Source: Terriglobia bacterium
Lineage (GTDB): Bacteria > Acidobacteriota > Terriglobia > 20CM-2-55-15
Reading direction: 5' to 3'
Assembly: GCA_965198225.1 (NCBI GenBank)
Contig: CBDAOY010000008.1
Span: forward strand, 768,012 to 832,011
DNA length: 64,000 bases
The translations under genes and the position numbers were made by a program. Within the stretch, counting starts at the first letter, position 1; each line of letters begins with the position of its first letter. The notes below the pieces were generated by a model that was not told where the DNA came from, did no database searches, and saw only the letters and a program-made list of their open reading frames with translations. This document shows, piece by piece, positions 26,635-35,514 of this stretch.

Positions 26635-27615
26635 GTGAACGAAAAGAGGTCCGGCGCGTCCCGCCGGGAATTCATCCGGGGCACCGGTATCGTCGCCGGA
26701 GGTCTGGCCTCTGGCGCGATCGTTTCCGGCCCGACCCTGGCGGAAACGGCGAAGCCAACGCAGGCGAGCGGCGGCACGCCGGGCGCTCGGTTTGCGAACT
26801 TGATCGCTCGGGGTGAACCGTTGATGGCGCCGGGGGCCTTCGAGGTACTCACGGCTCGTCTGATCGAAACGCTAGGGTTCGAAGCGGCCGTGGTCGGTGG
26901 AAGCGCCGTTTCGGCCAACGGCTACGGCGTTCCGGATCACGGTCTGGTCTCGGTGACAGAGTTGATCGAGTTCTCCGGCCGGATTGCGCAGTCAGTCGAC
27001 ATACCGGTCATGGCCGATGCGGACGATTGCGGCGGCAGCGCGATCGCCGTGTACCGGGCCATCCAGGGCTTCGAGCGTGCCGGTCTGGCAGCGGTCATGA
27101 TCGAGGATCACGTTCAGGCTAAACATCTCGGTCAGGGTGGCCGGCTTGTCACGACCGACGAGATGGTCAACAAGATTCGAGCAGCGGTGGATGCCCGCAG
27201 GGACCAGAACCTCACGATCGTGGCGCGGGGCGATGCAACGTCGATCGGCGTGTCCAAAGAGGAAGCCCTCGACCGTGGGGCGGCCTACGCCGAGGCCGGG
27301 GCCGACATACTCTTCTTTGCCGGCCTGCCGCAGGACGAGATGCCGGGGGTTGCCGATCAGATGGGGAAACCCTTGATGACGACTGTCAACAACACGCCGA
27401 TTCCCGAACTGCGACGAAACCGGGTCAGTCTGGCCGTCTACGCCGGTCAGGCCGTCAACGCGGCGATGGGGGCTGCCTATGAGGCCCTGAAACAGTTGAA
27501 GGAGACCGGGCAGGTATCGGGTTTGCCGTCTGTGCCGCGCGACATCCGTTCCACACTGACGCGGACTCAGGAGAGCATCGAGCGGGGCCGACGGTACGGG
27601 CTCGCGGGCGAGTGA
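26635..27615 (+). CDS. Isocitrate lyase/PEP mutase superfamily protein (PrpB/carboxyvinyl-carboxyphosphonate phosphorylmutase-like) with a predicted Tat signal
   Basis: SRREFIRGTGIVAGGLASGA Tat-like N-terminus; ...PGAFEVLTARLIE..., ...VMADADDCGG..., ...AAVMIEDH... are ICL/PEPM fold motifs. Confidence 0.65.
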   Translation: MNEKRSGASRREFIRGTGIVAGGLASGAIVSGPTLAETAKPTQASGGTPGARFANLIARGEPLMAPGAFEVLTARLIETLGFEAAVVGGSAVSANGYGVPDHGLVSVTELIEFSGRIAQSVDIPVMADADDCGGSAIAVYRAIQGFERAGLAAVMIEDHVQAKHLGQGGRLVTTDEMVNKIRAAVDARRDQNLTIVARGDATSIGVSKEEALDRGAAYAEAGADILFFAGLPQDEMPGVADQMGKPLMTTVNNTPIPELRRNRVSLAVYAGQAVNAAMGAAYEALKQLKETGQVSGLPSVPRDIRSTLTRTQESIERGRRYGLAGE

Positions 27616-27665
27616 TCCTGCTCGGCAACGGCCAAGGAACGATCTCGTTCGACAACGGCGGATGA

Positions 27666-28712
27666 ATGGAGAGCAGACCCAGAGGGCGAGGGGCGGCGGA
27701 GAATCCCGGGAATCGCTTCGAGACCATCTCCTACGAACGGGACGATTGGTCTGAGGACGATCCGGCTCCGACCACGCGCTTCCTGAGAGACCGGACCCGT
27801 TCGGTAATCAGTCGCAACGAGAGCCCCGACGTCGGCTTCGACGCCAGCGTCAACCCGTATCGGGGATGTGAGCATGGCTGTATTTATTGTTTCGCTCGAC
27901 CGAATCATGAATATTTAGGTTTTTCGGCGGGGCTGGACTTCGAAACCCGGATCATGGTCAAGGACGACGCCCCGGATCTGCTCGCGAATGAACTCTCCGG
28001 TCGCGCGTGGCGTCCACAGGTCGTTGCGATGAGTGGTGTGACCGATCCCTACCAGCCGATCGAACGGCGGCTTGGCTTGACCCAGCGGTGTCTGGAGGTT
28101 CTGGCTGAGTTTCGAAACCCGACCGTCATAATTACTAAGAGTGATCTGGTCGTTCGAGACCGGGATGTCCTCGGGCACATGGCGGACTGGGACGGCTGTG
28201 CGGTCTTCGTTTCCGTCACGACCCTGGATGCGACTCTCGGTCGGCGTCTCGAACCTCGGGCGGCGCATCCGGGGCGACGGCTGGCGGCACTCCGGCAACT
28301 GAGCGAGTCTGGCATCCCGACGGGAGTCCTGGCCGCGCCGATCATACCCGGCCTGACGGACCATGAATTGCCCGCCATTCTGGATGCGGCGAAACGCTCG
28401 GGGGCGCGCTTCGCGGGCTTCATCCCGTTGCGCCTGCCCTACGGCGTCGGTGCCTTGTTCGAGAGCTGGCTCGAGGACAACTTTCCAGCGCGTAAGAACA
28501 AGGTCATGCATCGAATCCTGGAAATGCGCGGCGGGCGTCTGAATGACCCGAATTACAACACCCGCATGCGCGGCGAGGGAGCACACGCCGTTCAGATGAA
28601 GAAAATGTTCGACATCGCTTGCCGGAAGGTCGGGTTAAACGAGACCGAGCCAAAGCTTTCGGCCGAAGAGTTCCGGCCTCCGGCGTCGGCACAGCGGTCT
28701 CTGTTTGGTTGA
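27666..28712 (+). CDS. Radical SAM protein, SplB-like (COG1533 DNA repair photolyase family)
   Basis: CEHGCIYC (CxxxCxxC) cluster after NPYRGCEHG; family-typical ...AVFVSVTTLD... and ...IIPGLTDHEL... blocks. Confidence 0.7.
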   Translation: MESRPRGRGAAENPGNRFETISYERDDWSEDDPAPTTRFLRDRTRSVISRNESPDVGFDASVNPYRGCEHGCIYCFARPNHEYLGFSAGLDFETRIMVKDDAPDLLANELSGRAWRPQVVAMSGVTDPYQPIERRLGLTQRCLEVLAEFRNPTVIITKSDLVVRDRDVLGHMADWDGCAVFVSVTTLDATLGRRLEPRAAHPGRRLAALRQLSESGIPTGVLAAPIIPGLTDHELPAILDAAKRSGARFAGFIPLRLPYGVGALFESWLEDNFPARKNKVMHRILEMRGGRLNDPNYNTRMRGEGAHAVQMKKMFDIACRKVGLNETEPKLSAEEFRPPASAQRSLFG

Positions 28713-28855
28713 ATGAGAGGCGATCAGCTCGATCGGATGGGACTATCGGCGCGCTTCCGAAGTAAGCTGATAGCTGAAGGCTGAGAGCACGCTTGATCCT
28801 CACGATTGGAGAACAAGCTCCCGGACCGAGGATCAAGCGTTTAAGGAGAAGCAAG

Positions 28856-30034
28856 ATGAGGAGTATCGGTCGCCGGTTCGGCCTGTTGTTTTTCGCCGCG
28901 TGGTTCCTGGTATTGCCGGTTGCTGCGCAAGAGGCGATTCCTCTCGATCTTCGTCTGGGGGTCGAGCATGTCGATGCGATGGCGCGCGACGAATTCGAGC
29001 AGGACGACGTCGGCAGCGTGGCGATCGGAATCGTTGATGGTGCGGATCTGATCTGGACTAAGAGCTACGGTTACGCCGACATGGAGTTGGAAAGCCTGGC
29101 GGACCGGAACACGGTCTACCGGGTCGGCTCGATAACCAAGCAGTTCACCGCGCTGATGTTGCTCCAGCTCGCCGATGCAGGCATCGTCCGGCTTTCCGAC
29201 CCGGTCGAGATCTACTTTCCCGAGATCAACCGCGTGCAGGACCGCATCCCCGATGCCCCCCCGATCACGCTCGTCCAGCTGGCCACCATGACGTCCGGGC
29301 TGGCCCGCGAGCCCGACGATCTGGCCACCTACCTGAGAGGACCGGTTTCGGAGTGGGAGCAAGTCCTGATCGCCGCTCTCGGCGAGACCCACTATTCACA
29401 CGAGCCCGACACGCGCTACATGTATTCGAACATCGGGTATGGATCGCTGGGCGCCACGCTGGGAAGGGCGGCTGGAAACGTGTTTACCGACTACATCCAC
29501 GAACGGATACTTGAGCCCCTCGGGATGGCGCATTCCGCCTTCGAACCGAACGACGCAATTAAGCCTCACCTGTCGAAGGGCTACAGCGTGAGCCGCGAAG
29601 GCACAGTGGACTCGGAGACTCCTGCCAGGGAACACGCTGGGCGCGGCTACAAGGTGCCGAACGGTGCGCTCTACACGAGTGTGGTCGATCTCGCTCGTTT
29701 CGTATCATTCGAACTCGGTCGTGGGCCCGCAGAAGTGCTGCCGCCGGAGGTCTTGGCCGAGAACTTCGAACGGGTCAATTCAGCCGACGGCGACCTCGAG
29801 TCCGGCTACGGCGTCGGCTTCCAGTTGAGCCGTCGTGACGACCTGATATTCCACGGCCATGGTGGGGGGGTGTCCGGTTATCGTGCCGCCGCGCACGTCC
29901 ATCTGCGAACTGGGATCGGAGTCATCGTCCTGCGGAACGTCAGCGGTGGCGCCTTCGACGTGGGAGGCCTCTGTCTGGACGCTCTCGAAGTCCTCGTTCG
30001 CGCACGACTGGCTTCCTCTGAAGACCCGCACTAG
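28856..30034 (+). CDS. Serine hydrolase, beta-lactamase/PBP4-fold family, secreted
   Basis: Signal MRSIGRRFGLLFFAAWFLVLPVAAQ; S-x-x-K motif SITKQF; YMYSNIGY (YxN); stop TAG lies in the CTAG end of the downstream element. Confidence 0.75.
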   Translation: MRSIGRRFGLLFFAAWFLVLPVAAQEAIPLDLRLGVEHVDAMARDEFEQDDVGSVAIGIVDGADLIWTKSYGYADMELESLADRNTVYRVGSITKQFTALMLLQLADAGIVRLSDPVEIYFPEINRVQDRIPDAPPITLVQLATMTSGLAREPDDLATYLRGPVSEWEQVLIAALGETHYSHEPDTRYMYSNIGYGSLGATLGRAAGNVFTDYIHERILEPLGMAHSAFEPNDAIKPHLSKGYSVSREGTVDSETPAREHAGRGYKVPNGALYTSVVDLARFVSFELGRGPAEVLPPEVLAENFERVNSADGDLESGYGVGFQLSRRDDLIFHGHGGGVSGYRAAAHVHLRTGIGVIVLRNVSGGAFDVGGLCLDALEVLVRARLASSEDPH

Positions 30035-30194
30035 CAGGCTGCTGAAAAAACTCCGTTTTTCGGCAGTCTGTGTCGCGGCACCGGACGTGCCGCCATTTTC
30101 GATGGCTGTATGCCATTGAAAATGTGAGGCACCTGAGAATCAACCTTCTCAGGTGACGTTGCTGAAAAAGCCACTGAAGGCTTTTTCAGCATCC
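30033..30194. repeat. About 162-bp inverted-repeat element CTAGCAGGCTGCTGAAAAA ... TTTTTCAGCATCCTGCTAG enclosing several hairpins; a further 12-bp IR hairpin follows at 30198-30270
   Basis: 19-bp imperfect terminal IRs starting with CTAG; internal hairpins CCTGAGAA/TTCTCAGG, CGGCAC/GTGCCG and GCTGAAAAAGCC/GGCTTTTTCAGC; ORFs 29940..30143 and 30031..30252 inside it judged spurious. Confidence 0.45.
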
Positions 30195-30499
30195 TGCTAG
30201 TGTCCTGAGTCGGGAACAATATCGCTATCGCAGACGAGTGTTGCTCGAGCAAATTTCGGACTCAGGACACTGTTACATGCCACCAGACGAGCCCCCGCTT
30301 TCGGAACCTTCCGAGGCGGCGACTCCTGACTACCCGTCCAGGGGCCCCTCCCTACCGAGGAGGGTCGCACCCCCCTGATGAATTCCTGTATTTCCTGCAT
30401 GGAGACGCGCAATTTTTACGTCTTATTAAGTGAGACGGCCATATGGAGACGTACGCAAGAAATTCGCGCGAGGGATTAAATCACTGATTCTATTTTTCT

Positions 30500-30530
30500 T
30501 GACAGCAAGCGTGTCAACGATAGTATAGTG
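30500..30530 (+). promoter_or_regulatory. Sigma-70-like promoter (TTGACA-16 nt-TAGTAT) inside an AT-rich island, with a TTGACAgcaagcgTGTCAA palindrome over the -35 box
   Basis: tcTTGACAgcaagcgtgtcaacgaTAGTATagtg, about 190 nt upstream of the EAL-HDOD gene; the surrounding 30370-30560 is markedly AT-rich and holds GGAGACG direct repeats. Confidence 0.4.
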
Positions 30531-30715
30531 TTTATAGTTTTTTCACTAATGGTTGGATAACGCCTGCCGAAATGTAACAGTAAACGTTCGAGGGGAGGCC
30601 GGAGACGAGGTCGCGCAAAAGCGAAGGCGTCCCCGGTCGGATCCAATAAAGTGGATGGCGGTTCGTCGTCGCCTTCGAAGAGCTTTTTCCGAACCGCACC
30701 CTAGGGAAACGACCT

Positions 30716-31912
30716 ATGGAGAAGACATTTGTAAGTAGACACCCCATCTACGAATCGCACGTCAACTTGCTCGCATACGAGTTGCAGTCTCAGAACAGAG
30801 TCGCGAATGGGAACGGACCGATCGACTCCGAAACGATCAAAGCGGACCTGAGCACGTTCTCCGATGTCGGCCTCGACCACATCGCGGGCGACCATCTGGC
30901 GTTCCTGAACGTTTCGCGGGAGGCCGTCCTCGGGGGGCATTGCGCTGCGCTGTCAAAGCAACGAGTCGTGCTGGAAGTTCTGTCTGACGTGGTGTTCGAC
31001 GAATCGCTTCGCGATGGACTCGAAAACCTGGCGGCCGATGGGTACAAAATCGCTATTCCGGACCCTCTCGTCGGAGATGAAGCCGTTAATCTAACCAGCG
31101 TGGCTGACATCGTCCGCGTCGATGTCAGCGAGATGGACGAGACTGGTCTCAGCGAGCATCTGGAGCTGCTTTCGAAGTTGAGCGTGACGCTGCTGGCGGA
31201 GAAGATCGAGACCTACGAAAAGTTCGAGCTCTGCAAGAAGTTCAATTTCGATTACTTCCAGGGTTATTTTTTCTGTGCGCCAAAGTCGGAACATCACGAC
31301 ATTCCTGTCAACCGGCTCGCCGCAGTCCGGGTTCTAGCTCAGCTGCAGGACCCCGACATCAGTATCAACAAGCTCGAGCAGACGATCAGCACCGATCTCT
31401 CTCTCAGCTACAAGCTCCTCCGGTACGCCAATTCGGCCTACATCGGACTGAATCGGGAGGTGGAGTCGATCAGCCACGCGGCGAAGATGGTGGGTATCGC
31501 GCGGATCCGCCTGTGGGCCAGCCTCCTTGCGTTCGCGAAGATGGAAGACAAGCCACGCGAGTTGATGATCACCGCGATCGTCCGCGCGGCGATGTGCGAA
31601 CGCCTGGCGGCATCGGCAAAGGAAGAGCCAAAGGAAATGTTCTTCACGGTCGGGCTGCTGTCGGTGCTCGAAGCGTTGCTCGATTGCTCGATGGAGGAGG
31701 CACTGGAGAAGCTTCCGCTGGTCCGGGAGATCCGAAGCGCGCTGCTCCGGGGCGAGGGCGCGGCCGGTGAAGCACTCGCCTGCGCGCTGGCGTATGAAAG
31801 AAGTCAGTGGGATGCAGTGCAATACAAGGATCTGGGTTCCATGACCATCCGGGGCCACTACCTCGATTCGCTCGGATGGGCCCGGCGGATTAGTGAAGGT
31901 TTGATGATCTGA
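30716..31912 (+). CDS. EAL-like plus HDOD domain signalling protein (COG3434 type, c-di-GMP related)
   Basis: N-terminal EAL-fold region (...LEVLSDVVFDE..., ...YKIAIPDPLVGDE..., ...FDYFQGYFF...) and C-terminal HDOD region (...LSYKLLRYANSA..., ...HAAKMVGIARIRLWA...). Confidence 0.65.
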   Translation: MEKTFVSRHPIYESHVNLLAYELQSQNRVANGNGPIDSETIKADLSTFSDVGLDHIAGDHLAFLNVSREAVLGGHCAALSKQRVVLEVLSDVVFDESLRDGLENLAADGYKIAIPDPLVGDEAVNLTSVADIVRVDVSEMDETGLSEHLELLSKLSVTLLAEKIETYEKFELCKKFNFDYFQGYFFCAPKSEHHDIPVNRLAAVRVLAQLQDPDISINKLEQTISTDLSLSYKLLRYANSAYIGLNREVESISHAAKMVGIARIRLWASLLAFAKMEDKPRELMITAIVRAAMCERLAASAKEEPKEMFFTVGLLSVLEALLDCSMEEALEKLPLVREIRSALLRGEGAAGEALACALAYERSQWDAVQYKDLGSMTIRGHYLDSLGWARRISEGLMI

Positions 31913-31953
31913 GTTGAGCTGATAGCTGAACGCTGACGGCTGATCGCTTACCC

Positions 31954-31990
31954 AAAAAGGCGACGACTCCTCGAGTCGTCGCCTTTTTGG
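31954..31990. terminator. Bidirectional rho-independent terminator (AAAAA-GGCGACGACTC-ctc-GAGTCGTCGCC-TTTTT) between the convergent EAL-HDOD and amidase genes; followed by a solo MITE terminus GTTACAGGCCAC-TA-TA at about 31992-32008
   Basis: 11-bp GC-rich stem, A-run upstream and T-run downstream. Confidence 0.65.
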
Positions 31991-32000
31991 TTACAGGCCA

Positions 32001-33425
32001 CTATAGCGGCGGACGACGGCGGTGCCAGTCGGTCTGGGACTCGTAGGCATGACTGACCTTGAACAGCGTGAACTCATCGAACGGCCGACCGTAGAACTGG
32101 ATCGTAATCGGTAATACCGGAGGGCCCGAAGCAAAGCCGCAGGGGATCGTGATCGCCGGCAGTCCCGTCATGTTCCCGATGAACGTGTTGCCTCGGCGAA
32201 ACCGGGGAGTCGACGCTCCAGGGCGGACGTCGCTCCGCGCCTCCTCGGCCGATCGGAGCCTGCCCGCCACGCTCGTGTTGCCCGGCACGGCCATGACGTC
32301 ACACGTTTCAAAGACCCGCTTCATGTCCTCTTGCAGTATGGTTCTCACGCGCAGAGCCTTGATGTAGTCGGTTGCGGTGTAGAACTTCCCGGTTTCGAGG
32401 CGCTCTCGTACCAGGGGGTCGAACAGGTGGGGCGACTCTCTTAGACGTCTCTCGTGAAAACATGCTGCTTCGGCCATAGCGACGGTCCAGCCGGCCGATC
32501 CGGCGAGGTTCGCGTTCGGGACTTCAACGTCCACTATCCGCGCTCCCATCTCGGTGAGCGAACGAATTGCTTCCCGAACCGCGCCGTCGACTTCATCGGA
32601 CGCTCCCTCGAAGAAGTAGTTCGTCGGAACGCCGATCCTCAGCCCTCGAATGTCGCCGTCCAGGGCACGATCATAGTCGGGGACAGCCTCATCGATCGTG
32701 CTGGGGTCCGCAGCGTCGAAGCCGGCCATGACCTGCAGCATGTGTGCGGCGTCGGCGACTGTCTTGGTCATCGGTCCGGCATGATCCAGCGTCCAGCTCA
32801 GCGTTGTCACGCCGTGGCGGCTGACGCGACCGTAGGTCTGTTTCAACCCTACAATTCCGTTCGCAGCCGCGGGTCCCCGGATGGACCCTCCCGTGTCGGT
32901 GCCGATCGACAACGGAACCATGTAGGCAGCCAGCGCAGCGCCCGAACCGCTGGAGGATCCGGCCGGCGAGTAGTCCAGATCCCAGGGATTGTGCACGGGT
33001 CCGAAGCCGGATAGGACGCCGCTGCCCATCGCGAACTCCAGCAGGTTCAGCTTCCCGATCAGGATGGCGCCGGCACGGTTCAGGCGATCGGTGATCGTGG
33101 ACTCGTAGTCGGGAACCCAGTTGGCCGTGACTTTTGATCCGTTCGTCGTGAGGATGTTTCTGGTCGCCAGGATGTCTTTGGGTGCGTAAGGGATGCCGTG
33201 CAGCGGGCCGCGGTAGCTTCCACCCTGTATCTCGCGCTCTGCCTCGCGTGCTCTCCGTAGAGCGTGCTCGCGCGTGAGGGTGATGAAGGCGTTGACCTGC
33301 GGATTGAGTCGCTCCGCGCGGTCGAGGAACGCTGTGACGACTTCAACCGGGGACACCTCCCGTGAACGTACGAGGTCTGCGAGTTCCACACCACTCTTGA
33401 AAACAAGATCCTCGGCCTGCATCAT
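32001..33425 (-). CDS. Amidase-signature family amidase (GatA/AtzE-like)
   Basis: AS motif GSSSGSGAALAA, the catalytic Ser-cisSer-Lys region, and the APKDIL block; 474 aa. Confidence 0.8.
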   Translation of the reverse strand: MMQAEDLVFKSGVELADLVRSREVSPVEVVTAFLDRAERLNPQVNAFITLTREHALRRAREAEREIQGGSYRGPLHGIPYAPKDILATRNILTTNGSKVTANWVPDYESTITDRLNRAGAILIGKLNLLEFAMGSGVLSGFGPVHNPWDLDYSPAGSSSGSGAALAAYMVPLSIGTDTGGSIRGPAAANGIVGLKQTYGRVSRHGVTTLSWTLDHAGPMTKTVADAAHMLQVMAGFDAADPSTIDEAVPDYDRALDGDIRGLRIGVPTNYFFEGASDEVDGAVREAIRSLTEMGARIVDVEVPNANLAGSAGWTVAMAEAACFHERRLRESPHLFDPLVRERLETGKFYTATDYIKALRVRTILQEDMKRVFETCDVMAVPGNTSVAGRLRSAEEARSDVRPGASTPRFRRGNTFIGNMTGLPAITIPCGFASGPPVLPITIQFYGRPFDEFTLFKVSHAYESQTDWHRRRPPL

Positions 33426-33721
33426 GGCCTGCCTCGGGCTAGAAAGATTGGCGCGGGTTCGACCAGGTCGTCTATCTCGAGGTCGCGGACGATCTGGAAC
33501 TGTTCGAGGCTGCTCTCCAGAGCCGCAGTGACAACGCGAAGCCGCTCATCATCGAAGTCCTGATCGAGCAGAGATGCTGACGCCTTCAGGATCTCCGGCG
33601 ACAGAGTTTCCTGCGCCTCTGCAGCCAGCTCCAGCGCCGCGGGTCCCGTGATTCCCGCCAGAGCCAGAACCCGGATTAACTGGCGGCGTGTGACTTGTTT
33701 CTCTTCGGTCGTATGATCCAT
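33422..33721 (-). CDS. Small GatC/AtzG-like protein translationally coupled to the amidase (possible small subunit)
   Basis: 99 aa, helical; C-terminal ...RDLEIDDLVEPAPIF... resembles the GatC C-terminal motif; stop overlaps the amidase ATG (ATGA). Confidence 0.35.
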   Translation of the reverse strand: MDHTTEEKQVTRRQLIRVLALAGITGPAALELAAEAQETLSPEILKASASLLDQDFDDERLRVVTAALESSLEQFQIVRDLEIDDLVEPAPIFLARGRP

Positions 33722-33793
33722 GTTTGCCTCCGATGTCGGATTCTACACCGATTCGAACGGTTGACATGTTGACCCTGGGCGGGTCGAAGGCGG

Positions 33794-35239
33794 TCAGGCC
33801 GGCTGGTTTCCGGCGGCCCAATACGCTGACTTAAATTTTTCGAATCGCTCTCGGAGCGCGGAATCCGAGACCGTCCCCGGCGTCGTCGCTTCAAGCAGAA
33901 TGCGTTCCATCGCGCCCTCGGTCGAAGTCCCCAGGGCGCGGAAAGCGCAGCGCGCTGCCCCGCGAAGGGTTGCCAGACCCGCAGCGTGGGGAATGCGTAT
34001 CCGTTGCGGGATCACGCTCGCGAGCAGGGAAGCGAGAGCGGGCTCCATGAACCCGTTGCCGGACAGAACCGCGGTGTCGGAGCAAAGTCCCGACACGCGG
34101 TCAACCTGCTCGACATAAACTGCGAGATGAAACGCGAGGCCTTCAACGACGGCCCGTCGTAGATCCCGTATGTCATGCTCCCCCGTAAGTTCGTGCCATT
34201 CGGCGCGGAGTCGGCTGTCCCAGAAAGGCGACCGTTCGCCGCGCAGGAATGGAATGAACAGCGGGGGGGCCGGTGCCGCGCCCTCGCTGAACTCCAATCC
34301 TGCGAGAACCTGTCGACCCCAGTCGAGAACGTTCCCGCCGTTGTTGCTGGCACATCCCAGAAGGAAGTGTGTCTGGTCGAACCGATAGCAGAAGGTTCCG
34401 GCGTCGGGATCGACGACAGGTTCCCAGACGAGTTTTCGAACGCTGGCCGTGGTACCGCAAGTCACAGCGATGTGTGTGGCGTTCCCGCACCCGGATCCGA
34501 TGTTGGCCAGGAAACCGTCGCCGCCGCCTGCGACCACGGGCAGATCCGGGGGCAATCCGAGGCGGTCGGCTGCCTCTGGCTTCAGGTGTCCTGCGATCTC
34601 GGCCGGGTCGACAAGGCGAGGCAAAGCGGCGGGCGTCAAATGAAGTAGTTCGAGTACCTCCGAGTCCCATTCTCCAGACTCCAGGTTGAGCAGTCCTGAC
34701 GCCGATGCGCTGGAAGTGTCCTCGACCTTCTGCCCTGTCAGCTCCTCGAGAACGCTGCTCTTCAATGAACCGAAACAGTGGCCGCCTGCGAACATCGCCG
34801 GAGCCCTCGAGCGCAGCCACGCGAGCTTGAACACCGGAAACATGGGATGGAATCGAACCCCGGTTCTGGACAGGAACTGTTTCCCCAGGGCCTCTTCGAC
34901 TTGACCGACAGCCTCACCACCCTGGCGGTCCAGCCACGTGAATACCTCCGATTTTGTGCGCCCATGATCGTCGCGGACGAGCAGCGTGTGCATCATCGAT
35001 GACAGGACTATGGCTTCGGGGGGCGGGAAGCCTTCGATTGACGATCGGATCGAACGAGTGAGGGCTTTGCCGGCGATTTCAGGAGAGAGTGTGGCCGAGC
35101 CTTTTCCGTCTTCGGAAAACCTCCAGCCGATTTCGCTGACCCGGAGCGGGGTGAGGCTTCGATCGATCAGCGCCGCCGACGCTCCGCCGGAGGCCAGATC
35201 CACTGCGAGGACGGTGGGGTTGGACTCCGGTCTAGACAC
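33794..35239 (-). CDS. FGGY-family carbohydrate kinase (gluconokinase/xylulokinase-like)
   Basis: N-terminal ...VLAVDLASGGASAAL... and C-terminal ...VVAGGGDGFLANIGSGCG... are FGGY blocks; GTG start directly abuts the MITE B terminus. Confidence 0.6.
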   Translation of the reverse strand: MSRPESNPTVLAVDLASGGASAALIDRSLTPLRVSEIGWRFSEDGKGSATLSPEIAGKALTRSIRSSIEGFPPPEAIVLSSMMHTLLVRDDHGRTKSEVFTWLDRQGGEAVGQVEEALGKQFLSRTGVRFHPMFPVFKLAWLRSRAPAMFAGGHCFGSLKSSVLEELTGQKVEDTSSASASGLLNLESGEWDSEVLELLHLTPAALPRLVDPAEIAGHLKPEAADRLGLPPDLPVVAGGGDGFLANIGSGCGNATHIAVTCGTTASVRKLVWEPVVDPDAGTFCYRFDQTHFLLGCASNNGGNVLDWGRQVLAGLEFSEGAAPAPPLFIPFLRGERSPFWDSRLRAEWHELTGEHDIRDLRRAVVEGLAFHLAVYVEQVDRVSGLCSDTAVLSGNGFMEPALASLLASVIPQRIRIPHAAGLATLRGAARCAFRALGTSTEGAMERILLEATTPGTVSDSALRERFEKFKSAYWAAGNQPA

Positions 35240-35514
35240 CTAGTGGCCTGTAACGGAGATATCGGCACCATCGCCGATGGGTCTTGCCAGTCGAGGTCGA
35301 GGAGAGAGGAGGAATTGATGCGGTTTCATCATGACGACGAACGACAAAGAGATCGACGGCAACCCCCATCGGCCCGGAGGGTTGCGGCGGAACGGCACCG
35401 TCTTCGTTGTCGCTCCTCCTCGCAATGTAGGCGCATTACCTCGTCGTCGACTCCTAGAATCCGGTGCCGTTCCACCGCAACGCTGGTACCGATATCTCCG
35501 TTACAGGCCACTAG
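35240..35514. mobile_element. MITE copy B (diverged; CTAGTGGCCTGTAACGGAGATATCGGCACCA ... TGGTACCGATATCTCCGTTACAGGCCACTAG) inserted exactly between the gnd stop and the FGGY-kinase start
   Basis: Same termini and core as 14062-14336 and 51729-52003; the gnd TAG stop lies in the right CTAG, the kinase GTG is 1 nt from the left CTAG. Confidence 0.7.

Noticed and set aside
30031-30412. Small minus-strand ORFs (30031..30252, 30197..30412) in the large intergenic region
   Set aside because: They overlap the hairpin-dense palindromic element and the AT-rich promoter island, and show no RBS or domain. They are more likely non-coding.
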